Assembly (NCBI GenBank): GCA_965199955.1
Contig: CBDATQ010000002.1
Location: 1,088,001-1,152,000, forward strand
Reading direction: 5' to 3'
DNA: 64,000 nucleotides
Source of the DNA: Spirochaetia bacterium
GTDB taxonomy: Bacteria; Spirochaetota; Spirochaetia; SZUA-6; Bin103
The notes under the pieces were generated by a model that saw only the letters and a program-made list of their open reading frames with translations, was not told the origin of the DNA and did no database searches. Below are positions 1 to 8,408 of the stretch, piece after piece (position 1 is the first letter of the stretch; every line of letters starts with the position of its first letter). The translations under genes were made by a program, and so were the position numbers.

Positions 1-1
1 G

Positions 2-130
2 CCCGGCACCAGGATCACGGTGTCCGGCATCTCCGAAGCCGAGGTGGTGTTCCGCAAGGACGATACCGGGCAGGAGATCACCCTGCCCACCGGCTACGCC
101 CGCTACGTGCGCGTAGACAGCGCCAACTGA
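2..130 (+). CDS. 3' end of a gene cut by the window edge; FeoA/SH3-like C-terminus, possibly of a DtxR/MntR-type regulator
   Basis: Frame 2 is open from the edge: PGTRITVSGISEAEVVFRKDDTGQEITLPTGYARYVRVDSAN*, stop TGA 128-130. The PG..I.V...(L)...A..V.V pattern resembles FeoA domains. Confidence 0.4.
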   Translation, partial: PGTRITVSGISEAEVVFRKDDTGQEITLPTGYARYVRVDSAN

Positions 131-141
131 ACCTCGGGTTC

Positions 142-1647
142 GTGAACGACAGCCGCGCGCCGGCGCTGGACCGCCTCCGCACGCTCGATCGGGAGATCCA
201 CCTGATGCAGCACGTCATCGGCCTGCTGCAGTGGGATCAGGAGACGTACATGCCGAAGGGGGCGGTCGCGGAGCGGTCGGATCAACTTGCGCTGCTGGAG
301 GGGCAGGTCCACGAGCGCCAGACCTCGCCCGAGATGGGCGATCTGATCGCTGCCGGGGAGGCGCGCACCGACCTCGACGAGATCGATCGCGCGTTTCTAC
401 GCGAGCTGCGGCGCTCCTACGACCGCGAGACCAGGTTGCCGACGGAGCTGGTGAGGGCGATCGCCCGCCAGGCCAGCGTCAATCACGCGAGCTGGGTCGC
501 CGCGCGCACGGCGTCGGACTTCAGTGTGTTCCGGGACGACCTGCAGGAGACGCTGCGCCTCACCCGCGAGAAGGCCGACCACCTGGCATTCGGCGACACC
601 CGCTACGACGCGCTGCTGGACGCGTTCGAGCCGTGGATGCGTACCGCCGAGCTCACGGCCGTGCTCGACGCGCTGCGCGGCCCGCTGGTCGACCTGCTGG
701 AACGGATCGCCGGTTCGCCGGTCACGATCGACGACGCGGTGCTGCGGCGCGACTACGAGGTGGGCGCGCAGCGCGCGTTCAGCGACCACCTGCTTGCCGC
801 CTTGGGCTTTTCATCCCACACGGGCCGGCTGGACGTGTCGGCGCATCCCTTCTCCACCACGCTCGGCGCCGCCGACGGCCGGCTCACCACCCGCTTCCAC
901 GCCAATCTGCTATCCGCCAGCGTGTTCGGGACCATCCACGAGTGCGGCCACGGGCTGCACGGACTCGGAGTCGCCCCGGAGCTTGCCACCAGCGCGCTGG
1001 GCTCGGGCACCTCGCTCGGCATCTGCGAGTCGCAGTCGCGCTTCTGGGAGAACCTGATCGGCCGCCGGCGGTCGTTCTGGGAGCACTTCTACCCGCAGCT
1101 TCAGCCGCGCTTCGCAGCCTTGGCCGACGTGGACCTCGACCGGTTCTACCGCTCGATCAACGCCGTGCATCCGTCCTTCATCCGCGTGGAGGCCGACGAG
1201 GTGACCTACAACCTGCACATCCTGCTGCGCTTCTCGCTCGAGCGCCGCATGGTCGACGGCGACCTGCAGGTGGACGACCTGCCCGACGCCTGGCGGGAGG
1301 AGTCGCGGGCGCTGCTCGGAATCGTCCCGGAGCGCGACGCCGACGGCGTGCTGCAGGACATCCACTGGTCGATGTTCGCCATCGGCTACTTCCCGACCTA
1401 CACGCTGGGAAACCTGTACAGCGCGCAGATCCATGCCGCGATGGCGCGCGACCTCCCCGACTGGGAGGAGCAGGTGCGCGGCGGACGGTTCGCGGCGATC
1501 CTCAGTTGGCTGCGGGAGCGGATCCACCGCCACGGCCGCGTCTACCCGGCCGACGAGATCTGCCGGCGGGTGACCGGCGAGCCGCTCGACGCGCGCTACT
1601 TCACCGACTACCTGAACGCCAAGTTCGGCGAGCTCTACCGGCTCTGA
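142..1647 (+). CDS. Carboxypeptidase, peptidase family M32
   Basis: Motifs LLQWDQET, HPF, DGRLT, HECGH (HEXXH), ESQS, IRVEADE, GVLQDIHW, GYFPTY. Confidence 0.95.
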   Translation: MNDSRAPALDRLRTLDREIHLMQHVIGLLQWDQETYMPKGAVAERSDQLALLEGQVHERQTSPEMGDLIAAGEARTDLDEIDRAFLRELRRSYDRETRLPTELVRAIARQASVNHASWVAARTASDFSVFRDDLQETLRLTREKADHLAFGDTRYDALLDAFEPWMRTAELTAVLDALRGPLVDLLERIAGSPVTIDDAVLRRDYEVGAQRAFSDHLLAALGFSSHTGRLDVSAHPFSTTLGAADGRLTTRFHANLLSASVFGTIHECGHGLHGLGVAPELATSALGSGTSLGICESQSRFWENLIGRRRSFWEHFYPQLQPRFAALADVDLDRFYRSINAVHPSFIRVEADEVTYNLHILLRFSLERRMVDGDLQVDDLPDAWREESRALLGIVPERDADGVLQDIHWSMFAIGYFPTYTLGNLYSAQIHAAMARDLPDWEEQVRGGRFAAILSWLRERIHRHGRVYPADEICRRVTGEPLDARYFTDYLNAKFGELYRL

Positions 1648-1669
1648 AGGCCGTCCTGGCCACGCTCGG

Positions 1670-2716
1670 TCAGAGGTGGCGGGCCAGGAAGTCGTAGGCC
1701 AGCCGGCCGCTGATCTGGTGCCGGCCGTCGAACTCGTCGGTGACCAGCGCGTCCTCGGCGCCGAAGGCGCGCCACGCCGCCCGCGCCCGGTCCGCCGCCA
1801 CGCGCACGCCGTCGATCGGAAAGATCGTGTCGCGCCGGCCCGCTTCGATCAGGCAGGGGCGGGGCGCGATCAGCCCTGCGAAGTCGCTGAGCTCACCGTG
1901 ACCCAGCAGGCCGGGCACGAAGTTGCAGGTGCAGTGCGCGAAGGTCAGGATGCTCTGCCGCCAGTCGCAGAAGTAGCCGGAGATCACGCAGGCGCGGATG
2001 CGGTTGTCGCACGCGGTGGAGAAGTAGGTGTGCGCGCCGCCGCCGGAAATCCCCATCGCCCCCAGGCGCGCGATGTCCGCCTCCGGCCGGGTGGCCAGGT
2101 AGTCGACCGCGCGCATCCCGTCCCAGACGCGCAGGCCCATCACCGAACCGCCCAGCATGATCGCGTAGGTGGCGGCGTTGTGGCAGGTCGACGGCTCGGG
2201 GCCGGTGAGCTCGCCGGCCAGCGCCGCGTAGTCGGCGCGACGCTCGCCGAAGCAGCTTATCTCCGGCGCCGCGACCACGAATCCGCGTTCGGCCAGGGCG
2301 CAGCCGAAATCCTTGTGGTAGCCGTCCGGCTCCCACCGCTCCGAGCCGTCTTCCCACAGGCCGACGATGTCGCGTACCCCATAGCCGTGCCCATGCAGGG
2401 CCAGCACGCACGGCGCCGGTCCGTCGAGGCCCTTCGGGACCAGCACGTAGACCGGCATGGTCGCGTCCGGCCACGTGCGCAGCACCACCCGCTCCCGGAC
2501 GTAGGAGCCGCGGTCGACGGTCTGCTCCAGCTCCGCCTCCACGGCCGGCGCCGGCCGGTCCAGAAACCCCAGGTGCCCGTATAGCGCGCGCCGGGCGTGC
2601 GCCTGCCACGCGCGTGCGGCGTCGGGGGTCGCGGCGTTGAAGGCGCAGTCGCGCTCGGCTCCGGCGTGCAGGGCGTCCAGCAGCCTGAGCGGGTCGAATT
2701 CCGTTCGCTGGCTCAT
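1670..2716 (-). CDS. Alpha/beta hydrolase (dienelactone hydrolase / acetyl esterase-like)
   Basis: LHGHG, GISGGG nucleophile elbow, APRP...G..D..F, C-terminal FDGRH. Start trimmed to MSQRTEFD at 2716. Confidence 0.85.
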   Translation of the reverse strand: MSQRTEFDPLRLLDALHAGAERDCAFNAATPDAARAWQAHARRALYGHLGFLDRPAPAVEAELEQTVDRGSYVRERVVLRTWPDATMPVYVLVPKGLDGPAPCVLALHGHGYGVRDIVGLWEDGSERWEPDGYHKDFGCALAERGFVVAAPEISCFGERRADYAALAGELTGPEPSTCHNAATYAIMLGGSVMGLRVWDGMRAVDYLATRPEADIARLGAMGISGGGAHTYFSTACDNRIRACVISGYFCDWRQSILTFAHCTCNFVPGLLGHGELSDFAGLIAPRPCLIEAGRRDTIFPIDGVRVAADRARAAWRAFGAEDALVTDEFDGRHQISGRLAYDFLARHL

Positions 2717-2798
2717 ACGGCAACTCTGGAAGCATGCGGCCGCGCTGGCAAGCGCACCACGCTTGATTCGGCGAAAGCCGGCGCGTAGCGTGGGCGGC

Positions 2799-3680
2799 AT
2801 GTTCACACAGGTCCGGGTCGCAGCATGTTCGTTCAAGCCCCGCAAGTTCGACGTGGCTGCCAACGCCGGCCGGTTGGAGGGACTGTTCCGCCGGGCCGCC
2901 GCCGCCGGCGCCGAGCTCGCCGTCGCCCCGGAAGGGGCGCTCGACGGCTACGTGGTCATGCCGATCATCGAGGGTGTCCAACCGGCCGAGCGGATGCACG
3001 AGGCGGCCGTGAGCCTGCAGGGACCGGAGATTGGCCGGTTCCGGGCGCTCGCCCGCGAGCTCGGCATGTGCCTGGCGTTCGGCCTTGCCGAGCGCTCAGG
3101 AGGAGACGTCTACAACTGCGCGGTCTTCATCGACGGCGCGGGCGAGATCCGCGGCACCTACCACAAGATGCAGCTTGCCGAGGGCTATCACGACGACTGG
3201 TGGTTCAACCGCCTCGGCAGGCGCTCGCGCGCGTTTCAGACGCCGTTCGGAAAGTGCGGGGTGCTGATCTGCAACGATCGCTGGAACCCTGACATCGCCC
3301 GCATTCCGGTGCTGGACGGAGCCCGCTACCTGCTGATCCCGTCCTACGGATCGCGCTCGCGCAGCCAGGACAAGGCCGTGCTCGCGCGCGCCAGGGAGAA
3401 CGGCGTCCCGATCGTGGAGGCGAACGTCGGCGTGACGCTGATCGTCAGCAGGGGCGAGGTGGTCGCGTGCGAGCGCCGGGTGGATGCACTGACGGTGGGC
3501 CGGATCGACGTGCCGGCAGCGCCTTCGGCTGCCAGCCGGGACCGGCACGAGGCGGCGTTCCTGCGCTGGCGGGCCGTGGAGATGCCCAACCGCTACGAGC
3601 AGGGCGAAGCGCGCCGCAAGGCGGGCACCGGGCACCCGGCACACCATGATCCGCACGGCCGGCTGGTCCCGGCCGGTTAG
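2799..3680 (+). CDS. Carbon-nitrogen hydrolase (nitrilase/amidase family)
   Basis: Catalytic triad motifs APEG, YHKMQL, ICND. TAGCGT lies 7 nt before the ATG. Confidence 0.9.
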   Translation: MFTQVRVAACSFKPRKFDVAANAGRLEGLFRRAAAAGAELAVAPEGALDGYVVMPIIEGVQPAERMHEAAVSLQGPEIGRFRALARELGMCLAFGLAERSGGDVYNCAVFIDGAGEIRGTYHKMQLAEGYHDDWWFNRLGRRSRAFQTPFGKCGVLICNDRWNPDIARIPVLDGARYLLIPSYGSRSRSQDKAVLARARENGVPIVEANVGVTLIVSRGEVVACERRVDALTVGRIDVPAAPSAASRDRHEAAFLRWRAVEMPNRYEQGEARRKAGTGHPAHHDPHGRLVPAG

Positions 3681-3687
3681 CGCGGAG

Positions 3688-4020
3688 TCACGCCACGAAA
3701 CGAAAGCCGTAGACCCTCATCCGGCGCAGGTGGAACAGCAGCCGGACCGGCGTGCCGGCCCAGGCGCCGAGGCTGGCGCCGCCGTCCCAGGTGACCGGCG
3801 CGTCGAGCGCATCCACGCTCAGCGGACGGCAGCGGCGAAGGTCAGTCCCTCGATCGGCGGGCCGTCGTGCCGGGGAAAGGAGCCGGCCGGCGGGGTGGTG
3901 TCTCCCCGCACCACCTGCACGCGCAGCTCCGCCTCCGCGCCGGTGGGCTCCGCGTTCACGGTGAGCCGGCGCCCGGCGAAGCGCATCGCCTCGATGCGGG
4001 CGACCGACCGTCCCCAGCCC
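3688..4020 (-). pseudogene. Remnant C-terminal beta-sandwich domain of a GH32-like propeller protein, frameshifted
   Basis: FAGRRLTVNAEP...IEGLTFA, a 1-nt shift near 3833, then CRPLSVDALDAPVTWDGG...VRLLFHLRRMRVYGFRF*. This matches the C-termini of 50339..51690 and 56831..58321. Confidence 0.7.
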
Positions 4021-4051
4021 TGCGGCAGCACGGGACGGTCGCCGACGTCGC

Positions 4052-5221
4052 CTACTCGATGCCGAAGACCTCCAGGAAGCGGTACACGTCGAAGGAGGCG
4101 CTGAATAGCTCTTCGACCTCGCGCACCTTGTCGACGTCGTAGACCTGCAGCTTGGTGCTCTCGTAGAGCGAGAACAGGCGAGCCTCGATGGCCGCGGAGT
4201 CGCCGCGGATCAGCACGGCGGGCAGGCCCGCGGCGATAATCTCGTCGCGCAGGTCGGGGGCCAGCGACTCGCCTTCGTCGCAGGTCAGCACCAGCCCACC
4301 GATCCCTCGGGTGGCTCCGAGCTGCCGGTGGTAGGCGATGATGCTGCGGATCCGCGGCGTGGAGTTGGCGCTGATGACCACGAGGTCGCGCCTGCGGATC
4401 GCCTGCGCGGGCCGCAGGAACTGCGCGGGGAGCGAGATGACGCGGATCGTCCGGCAGGGACGCTGCCAGGTGGGATGGCGCGGATCGCCGATCGGTTCGG
4501 CATGGCGCAGCGAGGTTCGCACCAGATCGATCGACGGCTGCGGCAGGTCCTGGACGGTCGGAATGAACCCCAGAATGCGCAACGTGCCGCCGAAGCCAGG
4601 GAACCGGCTGTTGAGCGCTTCGTCGGTGAGGTATCGCTGCAGGGTGGGGATCTTCTCCGGGATCAGCTTGTTGAAGATCACGCCGCGCACCCGGCATCCC
4701 TTGTGCAGGAAGTACGACAGGTAGACCTCCAGCGTGTCGATGGCGCGCCCGATGCCTCCCTCCGACAGGAACACGACCTCCGCATCGAGCAGCTTACCCA
4801 CGTCGGCGTTGGACAGCCCGGCTATGGCGCCGACACCCGGATGTCCGGAGCCCTCGGCGATGATCACCTTCTTGTCGGCGAGCGATGCCACGGACTCGAG
4901 GATGTGGCGCTCCAGGGTTCGGGTCAGCGCCTCCCGATTTCCCGACTCGAGGTAGGTGCGGGTGAATCCCGACGTGAACCGGACCGGTGAAAGGTGCCGG
5001 GGCTCGAATCCGGGCAGGGAGCTGAACACCGACAGGAGCTGCACGTCCTTGTCCACGTGCATGCCGTCGCGGAGCGTCGATATCTCCTGGCCCACCGGCT
5101 TGAGATAGCCGATCGTCGCGGGGTCCAGCACGCGGCGGAGCTGGGATATGATGCCCAGGCTGGTGACGGTCTTGCCGGCGTGCTGCCGGTAGCCGGTGAG
5201 GTAGACGACTACCGGAGCCAC
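4052..5221 (-). CDS. BioD-like P-loop plus DRTGG-type protein (N-terminal region of phosphotransacetylase without the catalytic domain)
   Basis: QHAGKT, GYLKPVGQ, AEGSGHPGVG, GLSNADV, GGIG..ID, GVIFNK. Confidence 0.8.
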   Translation of the reverse strand: MAPVVVYLTGYRQHAGKTVTSLGIISQLRRVLDPATIGYLKPVGQEISTLRDGMHVDKDVQLLSVFSSLPGFEPRHLSPVRFTSGFTRTYLESGNREALTRTLERHILESVASLADKKVIIAEGSGHPGVGAIAGLSNADVGKLLDAEVVFLSEGGIGRAIDTLEVYLSYFLHKGCRVRGVIFNKLIPEKIPTLQRYLTDEALNSRFPGFGGTLRILGFIPTVQDLPQPSIDLVRTSLRHAEPIGDPRHPTWQRPCRTIRVISLPAQFLRPAQAIRRRDLVVISANSTPRIRSIIAYHRQLGATRGIGGLVLTCDEGESLAPDLRDEIIAAGLPAVLIRGDSAAIEARLFSLYESTKLQVYDVDKVREVEELFSASFDVYRFLEVFGIE

Positions 5222-5280
5222 GGGTGGAAAGCCTGCGCCGGCGGTTGCGTGCGGTGGCCGGTTGCGGTAAGCATGGCGCC

Positions 5281-5850
5281 ATGCGTTGGATCGCAGTGTC
5301 GCTGTTGGCAGGCCTCGCCTGGGCCGCGGGCGCGCACGACGACGATCACGGGGGCGCGGCGTCGGAGGATGCAGGCGTCCTGGTAGCGCAGGAGGCCGCG
5401 CCGGTCGTCGACGGCGCCGTCACGGAGGGCGAGTACGGGGTCAGTCTGCAGTACGACGGCATCGTGATCAGCCTGGCGCTGGTGGGCGACACGCTGCACG
5501 CGGCGGCCGTCGCGGCCACCACCGGCTGGGTAGCCGTCGGATTCGGTTCCGACGTCATGGACGGGGCGCGGATCCTGTTCAGCTACGTCGAAGCGGACGG
5601 GACGGTGTTCTTCGCCGAGCAGGAGGGGAAGGGTCACAGGCACCACGACGTCGCCGATACGGTCGCGACCGCCCACGCGGTGAGCGAGGCCGACGGAGCC
5701 ACCACGCTGGAGGTGGCGCTTCCGGCGGCCTTCGTCCGCGACAGTGCCGGCGAGACGGGCATGTTCCCGATGATCATGGCGTACGGCAACCGTGACTCGG
5801 TGCGGCCCGTGCACCGGTTCTTCAAGAGCATCGAGCTGACCCTCGGCTGA
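5281..5850 (+). CDS. Exported DOMON-domain protein
   Basis: Signal peptide MRWIAVSLLAGLAWAAGA, then GWVAVGFGSDVMDGARI, and MAYG...H near the C-terminus. Confidence 0.75.
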   Translation: MRWIAVSLLAGLAWAAGAHDDDHGGAASEDAGVLVAQEAAPVVDGAVTEGEYGVSLQYDGIVISLALVGDTLHAAAVAATTGWVAVGFGSDVMDGARILFSYVEADGTVFFAEQEGKGHRHHDVADTVATAHAVSEADGATTLEVALPAAFVRDSAGETGMFPMIMAYGNRDSVRPVHRFFKSIELTLG

Positions 5851-5883
5851 TCGTAGCCCGAGCCTCGGGTGACGGTCTTGGGG

Positions 5884-6333
5884 CTACGCTCCGGCTTCAG
5901 CGGGTCCGCGCAGGCAGAGCCACGTTGCCTCCGCGGCCAGTTCCTCGCCCACGAACGCCTTGCCGCTCTGGCGGATCATCGCGGGAGAACTGCGCATGGT
6001 GGCGACCTCCAGCCGGACCTCGTCGCCGGGCCGTACCTGCCGCCGGAACCTGGCCTTTTCGACCGACGCCAGGAACAGGACCGAGCCGGCGCCGTCACGC
6101 GCCGACCCGTCGCTCTGCGCGGCGATGCCGGCGCCGCCGCACTGGGCCAGACACTCGACCAGCAGCACCCCCGGCACGACCGGATACGACGGGAAGTGGC
6201 CGGCGAAAAACGGCTCATCGGGCGCGAACTGCTTGTAGCCGACGACCAGGTCGGCGTCGGCCTGCTCCAGCCGGTCCAGGAACAGGAAGGGGGGCCGATG
6301 CGGGATCAGCTCCGTGACGGGCGGGAAGATCAC
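5884..6333 (-). CDS. fabZ: 3-hydroxyacyl-ACP dehydratase
   Basis: IPHRPPFLFLD, FFAGHFP..PVVPGVL.VE..AQ, ARFRRQVRPGD. Confidence 0.92.
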   Translation of the reverse strand: MIFPPVTELIPHRPPFLFLDRLEQADADLVVGYKQFAPDEPFFAGHFPSYPVVPGVLLVECLAQCGGAGIAAQSDGSARDGAGSVLFLASVEKARFRRQVRPGDEVRLEVATMRSSPAMIRQSGKAFVGEELAAEATWLCLRGPAEAGA

Positions 6334-6335
6334 GG

Positions 6336-7589
6336 TCAGATGATCCCCAGGCGGCGTCCCACCGTGGAGGTGATCTCAACCACCCGATCCAGTTCCTCAT
6401 CGGTGTGGATCGCCATGTAAGAGGTTCGGATGAGCGCCTTGCCGGGCGGGACGCCGGGGCTGACCACCGGGTTGGCGTAAATCCCGGCCTCGAACAGTGC
6501 GTGCCAGAACTGGAACGTCAGATGGTCGTCGCCGATGATCAGCGGCACGATCGGCGTCTCGGCGACGTCGACGTTGAAGCCCAGGGCCTTGTATTCGCGG
6601 ATCATGCGCGCCGCGATCCGTTGCAGGCGTTGCGCGTGCTCGGGCTCGTCGCGCATGATCTTCAGCGCGGCGGCCGTGGCCGCCAGGTTGGCCGGCGGCA
6701 TGCTGGCGCTGAAGATCAGCGATCGGCCGTGGTGCTTGATGTAGTTCACGACATCGCGGTCTCCCGCCACGAAGCCGCCGATGGAGCCGAACGACTTGGA
6801 GAAGGTGCACATCACCAGGTCGGCGAGCGGCCGGCCGAAGTGCTCCTCGGTACCGCGGCCGGTGGGTCCGATCACGCCGATCGCGTGCGCCTCGTCCAGG
6901 TAGATGCGCGCACCGTGCCGGCGGGCGACCTCGGCCATCTCGTCCAGGCGGACGATGTCCCCCTCCATGCTGAACACCCCGTCGGTGACCACCAGCTTCC
7001 CGGCCTCGGCCGGTGCCGAGCTCAACGCCCGCTCCAGCTCCTCGGGGCTGTTGTGCGCGTAGCGGTGCACCTTGACGGTGCCCAGGCGCAGGCCCGAAAC
7101 GTGAAAGATGCCGTCCATGACCGATGCGTGGTTCAACCGGTCGGAAAAGACGTGGTCGTTCTTGCCGAGCAGGGAGGAGATCGCGCCCAAGTTGGTCTGG
7201 TAGCCGGTGGTGAAGCAGAGCGCGGCCTGCTTGCCGGCGAAGTCGGCGAGGTCCGCCTCCAACTCCTCGTGCAGGGTGAGCGTACCGTTCAGGTAGCGTG
7301 AGCCGGAGCAGCTCGTGCCGTAGCGCTTCACCGCCGCGATCGCCGCCTCCCGGACGCGCGGGTCCCAGGATAGCCCAAGGTAGTTGTTGGAGCCGATCAT
7401 CAACAACTCGCGGCCGTCGATCACCGCGGTGGTGCCCCTTACCTCCTGAATGGCGGCGAAGTAGGGGTAGAAGCCGATCTGCCCGACCTGGTCGTCGAAC
7501 CACGCCTGATAGTCGCGACACCTCTGAAACAGGTCGACCGGTGGGCGCGTGGCGGTGGGCCCGTGGCTGTCAGCGTCGCCCGTGGTCAT
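6336..7589 (-). CDS. PLP-dependent alpha-oxoamine synthase, serine palmitoyltransferase-like
   Basis: GSNNYLG, GTSCSGSRYLNGT, NHAS, DGVFSMEGD, DEAH, TFSKS (PLP lysine), IFSAS. The GSRxLNGT motif is typical of bacterial SPT. Confidence 0.8.
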   Translation of the reverse strand: MTTGDADSHGPTATRPPVDLFQRCRDYQAWFDDQVGQIGFYPYFAAIQEVRGTTAVIDGRELLMIGSNNYLGLSWDPRVREAAIAAVKRYGTSCSGSRYLNGTLTLHEELEADLADFAGKQAALCFTTGYQTNLGAISSLLGKNDHVFSDRLNHASVMDGIFHVSGLRLGTVKVHRYAHNSPEELERALSSAPAEAGKLVVTDGVFSMEGDIVRLDEMAEVARRHGARIYLDEAHAIGVIGPTGRGTEEHFGRPLADLVMCTFSKSFGSIGGFVAGDRDVVNYIKHHGRSLIFSASMPPANLAATAAALKIMRDEPEHAQRLQRIAARMIREYKALGFNVDVAETPIVPLIIGDDHLTFQFWHALFEAGIYANPVVSPGVPPGKALIRTSYMAIHTDEELDRVVEITSTVGRRLGII

Positions 7590-7673
7590 ACATCGGAGAG
7601 GTCGGATCTCGGATCAACGGAGCAGCGGCCCATAACGTCGGCGGCTACTGATACTACGGAACCTGCCCCGGCA

Positions 7674-8312
7674 TCAACCGTCCTCGACCAGGGCGGCGAA
7701 CATGCTGCGCATCGGTTCGGAGTCCCAGTCGCGCACGCCGATCGCCCGCGCGACGATCGTGCCTTCCGGATCGAGGATGTAGGTCATCGGCAGCGATCGG
7801 GCTGCGTACGCGCGTCCGGTCGACAGGTCGTGGTCGATCACGATCTCGAAGGTGATGCCGGTCTCCTCCACGAAGCGCCGGACGTCGCCGGTCTCCTCGC
7901 CGATGTCGACACCGACGACCCGGAGGCCGCGCCCGGCGAGCTCCTGGTGCAGCCGCTCCAGGGCCGGCATCTCGATCCGGCACGGCGCGCACCAGGTCGC
8001 CCAGAAGTTGAGCAGCACGTAGCTGCCCGCGTAGTCGTCCAGGGTGCGGGTGGTGCCGTCCATCGCCGACAGCTCGAAGGGGACGCGCGCCTCCTTGCGG
8101 GCCGGCTCGAATCCCAGGTCCGCCATCGTCTCCAGGACGGATTTTTCGGTGTCCGCGGGGGCCCCGGCCGGCGCGGAACCGCCCGCGGGCGCATCCGCCG
8201 CTTCGACCGCCCGGGCCGGTCCGGGCGGGTCGCCACGCTCCGAACAGCCGAACAACGCCAGCGAAAGCACCGCGGCCAGGATCGCGGCCGCCCGCGTTCC
8301 GGCTCCCTTCAT
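7674..8312 (-). CDS. TlpA/ResA-family thiol-disulfide oxidoreductase lipoprotein
   Basis: Lipobox LFGC and NFWATWCAPCRIEMP. Start MKGAG at 8312 has TATCAT 6 nt upstream. Confidence 0.9.
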   Translation of the reverse strand: MKGAGTRAAAILAAVLSLALFGCSERGDPPGPARAVEAADAPAGGSAPAGAPADTEKSVLETMADLGFEPARKEARVPFELSAMDGTTRTLDDYAGSYVLLNFWATWCAPCRIEMPALERLHQELAGRGLRVVGVDIGEETGDVRRFVEETGITFEIVIDHDLSTGRAYAARSLPMTYILDPEGTIVARAIGVRDWDSEPMRSMFAALVEDG

Positions 8313-8408
8313 GGGCACATGATACGAACGCCCCCCTTCGCCGGAAACCGCCGGACGATCGCGGCCGTCTGAAGCGGCACGTTCGGATCGGCCGTTGCGG
8401 TAGGTGAG

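Noticed and set aside
2694..2716. Resemblance to the tRNA-Lys 3' end (possible att site)
   Set aside because: It needs three separate insertions to align and lies inside a coding start, so it is probably coincidental.
6336..7589. Annotation as bioF or kbl
   Set aside because: The motifs fit SPT better and there is no biotin or threonine-dehydrogenase context. It is not fully excluded without a phylogeny, so no symbol is given.
8364..8373. Exact Neisseria DNA uptake sequence GCCGTCTGAA just upstream of comEC
   Set aside because: Only one copy was noticed. Uptake sequences occur about once per kb, so this is most likely chance.
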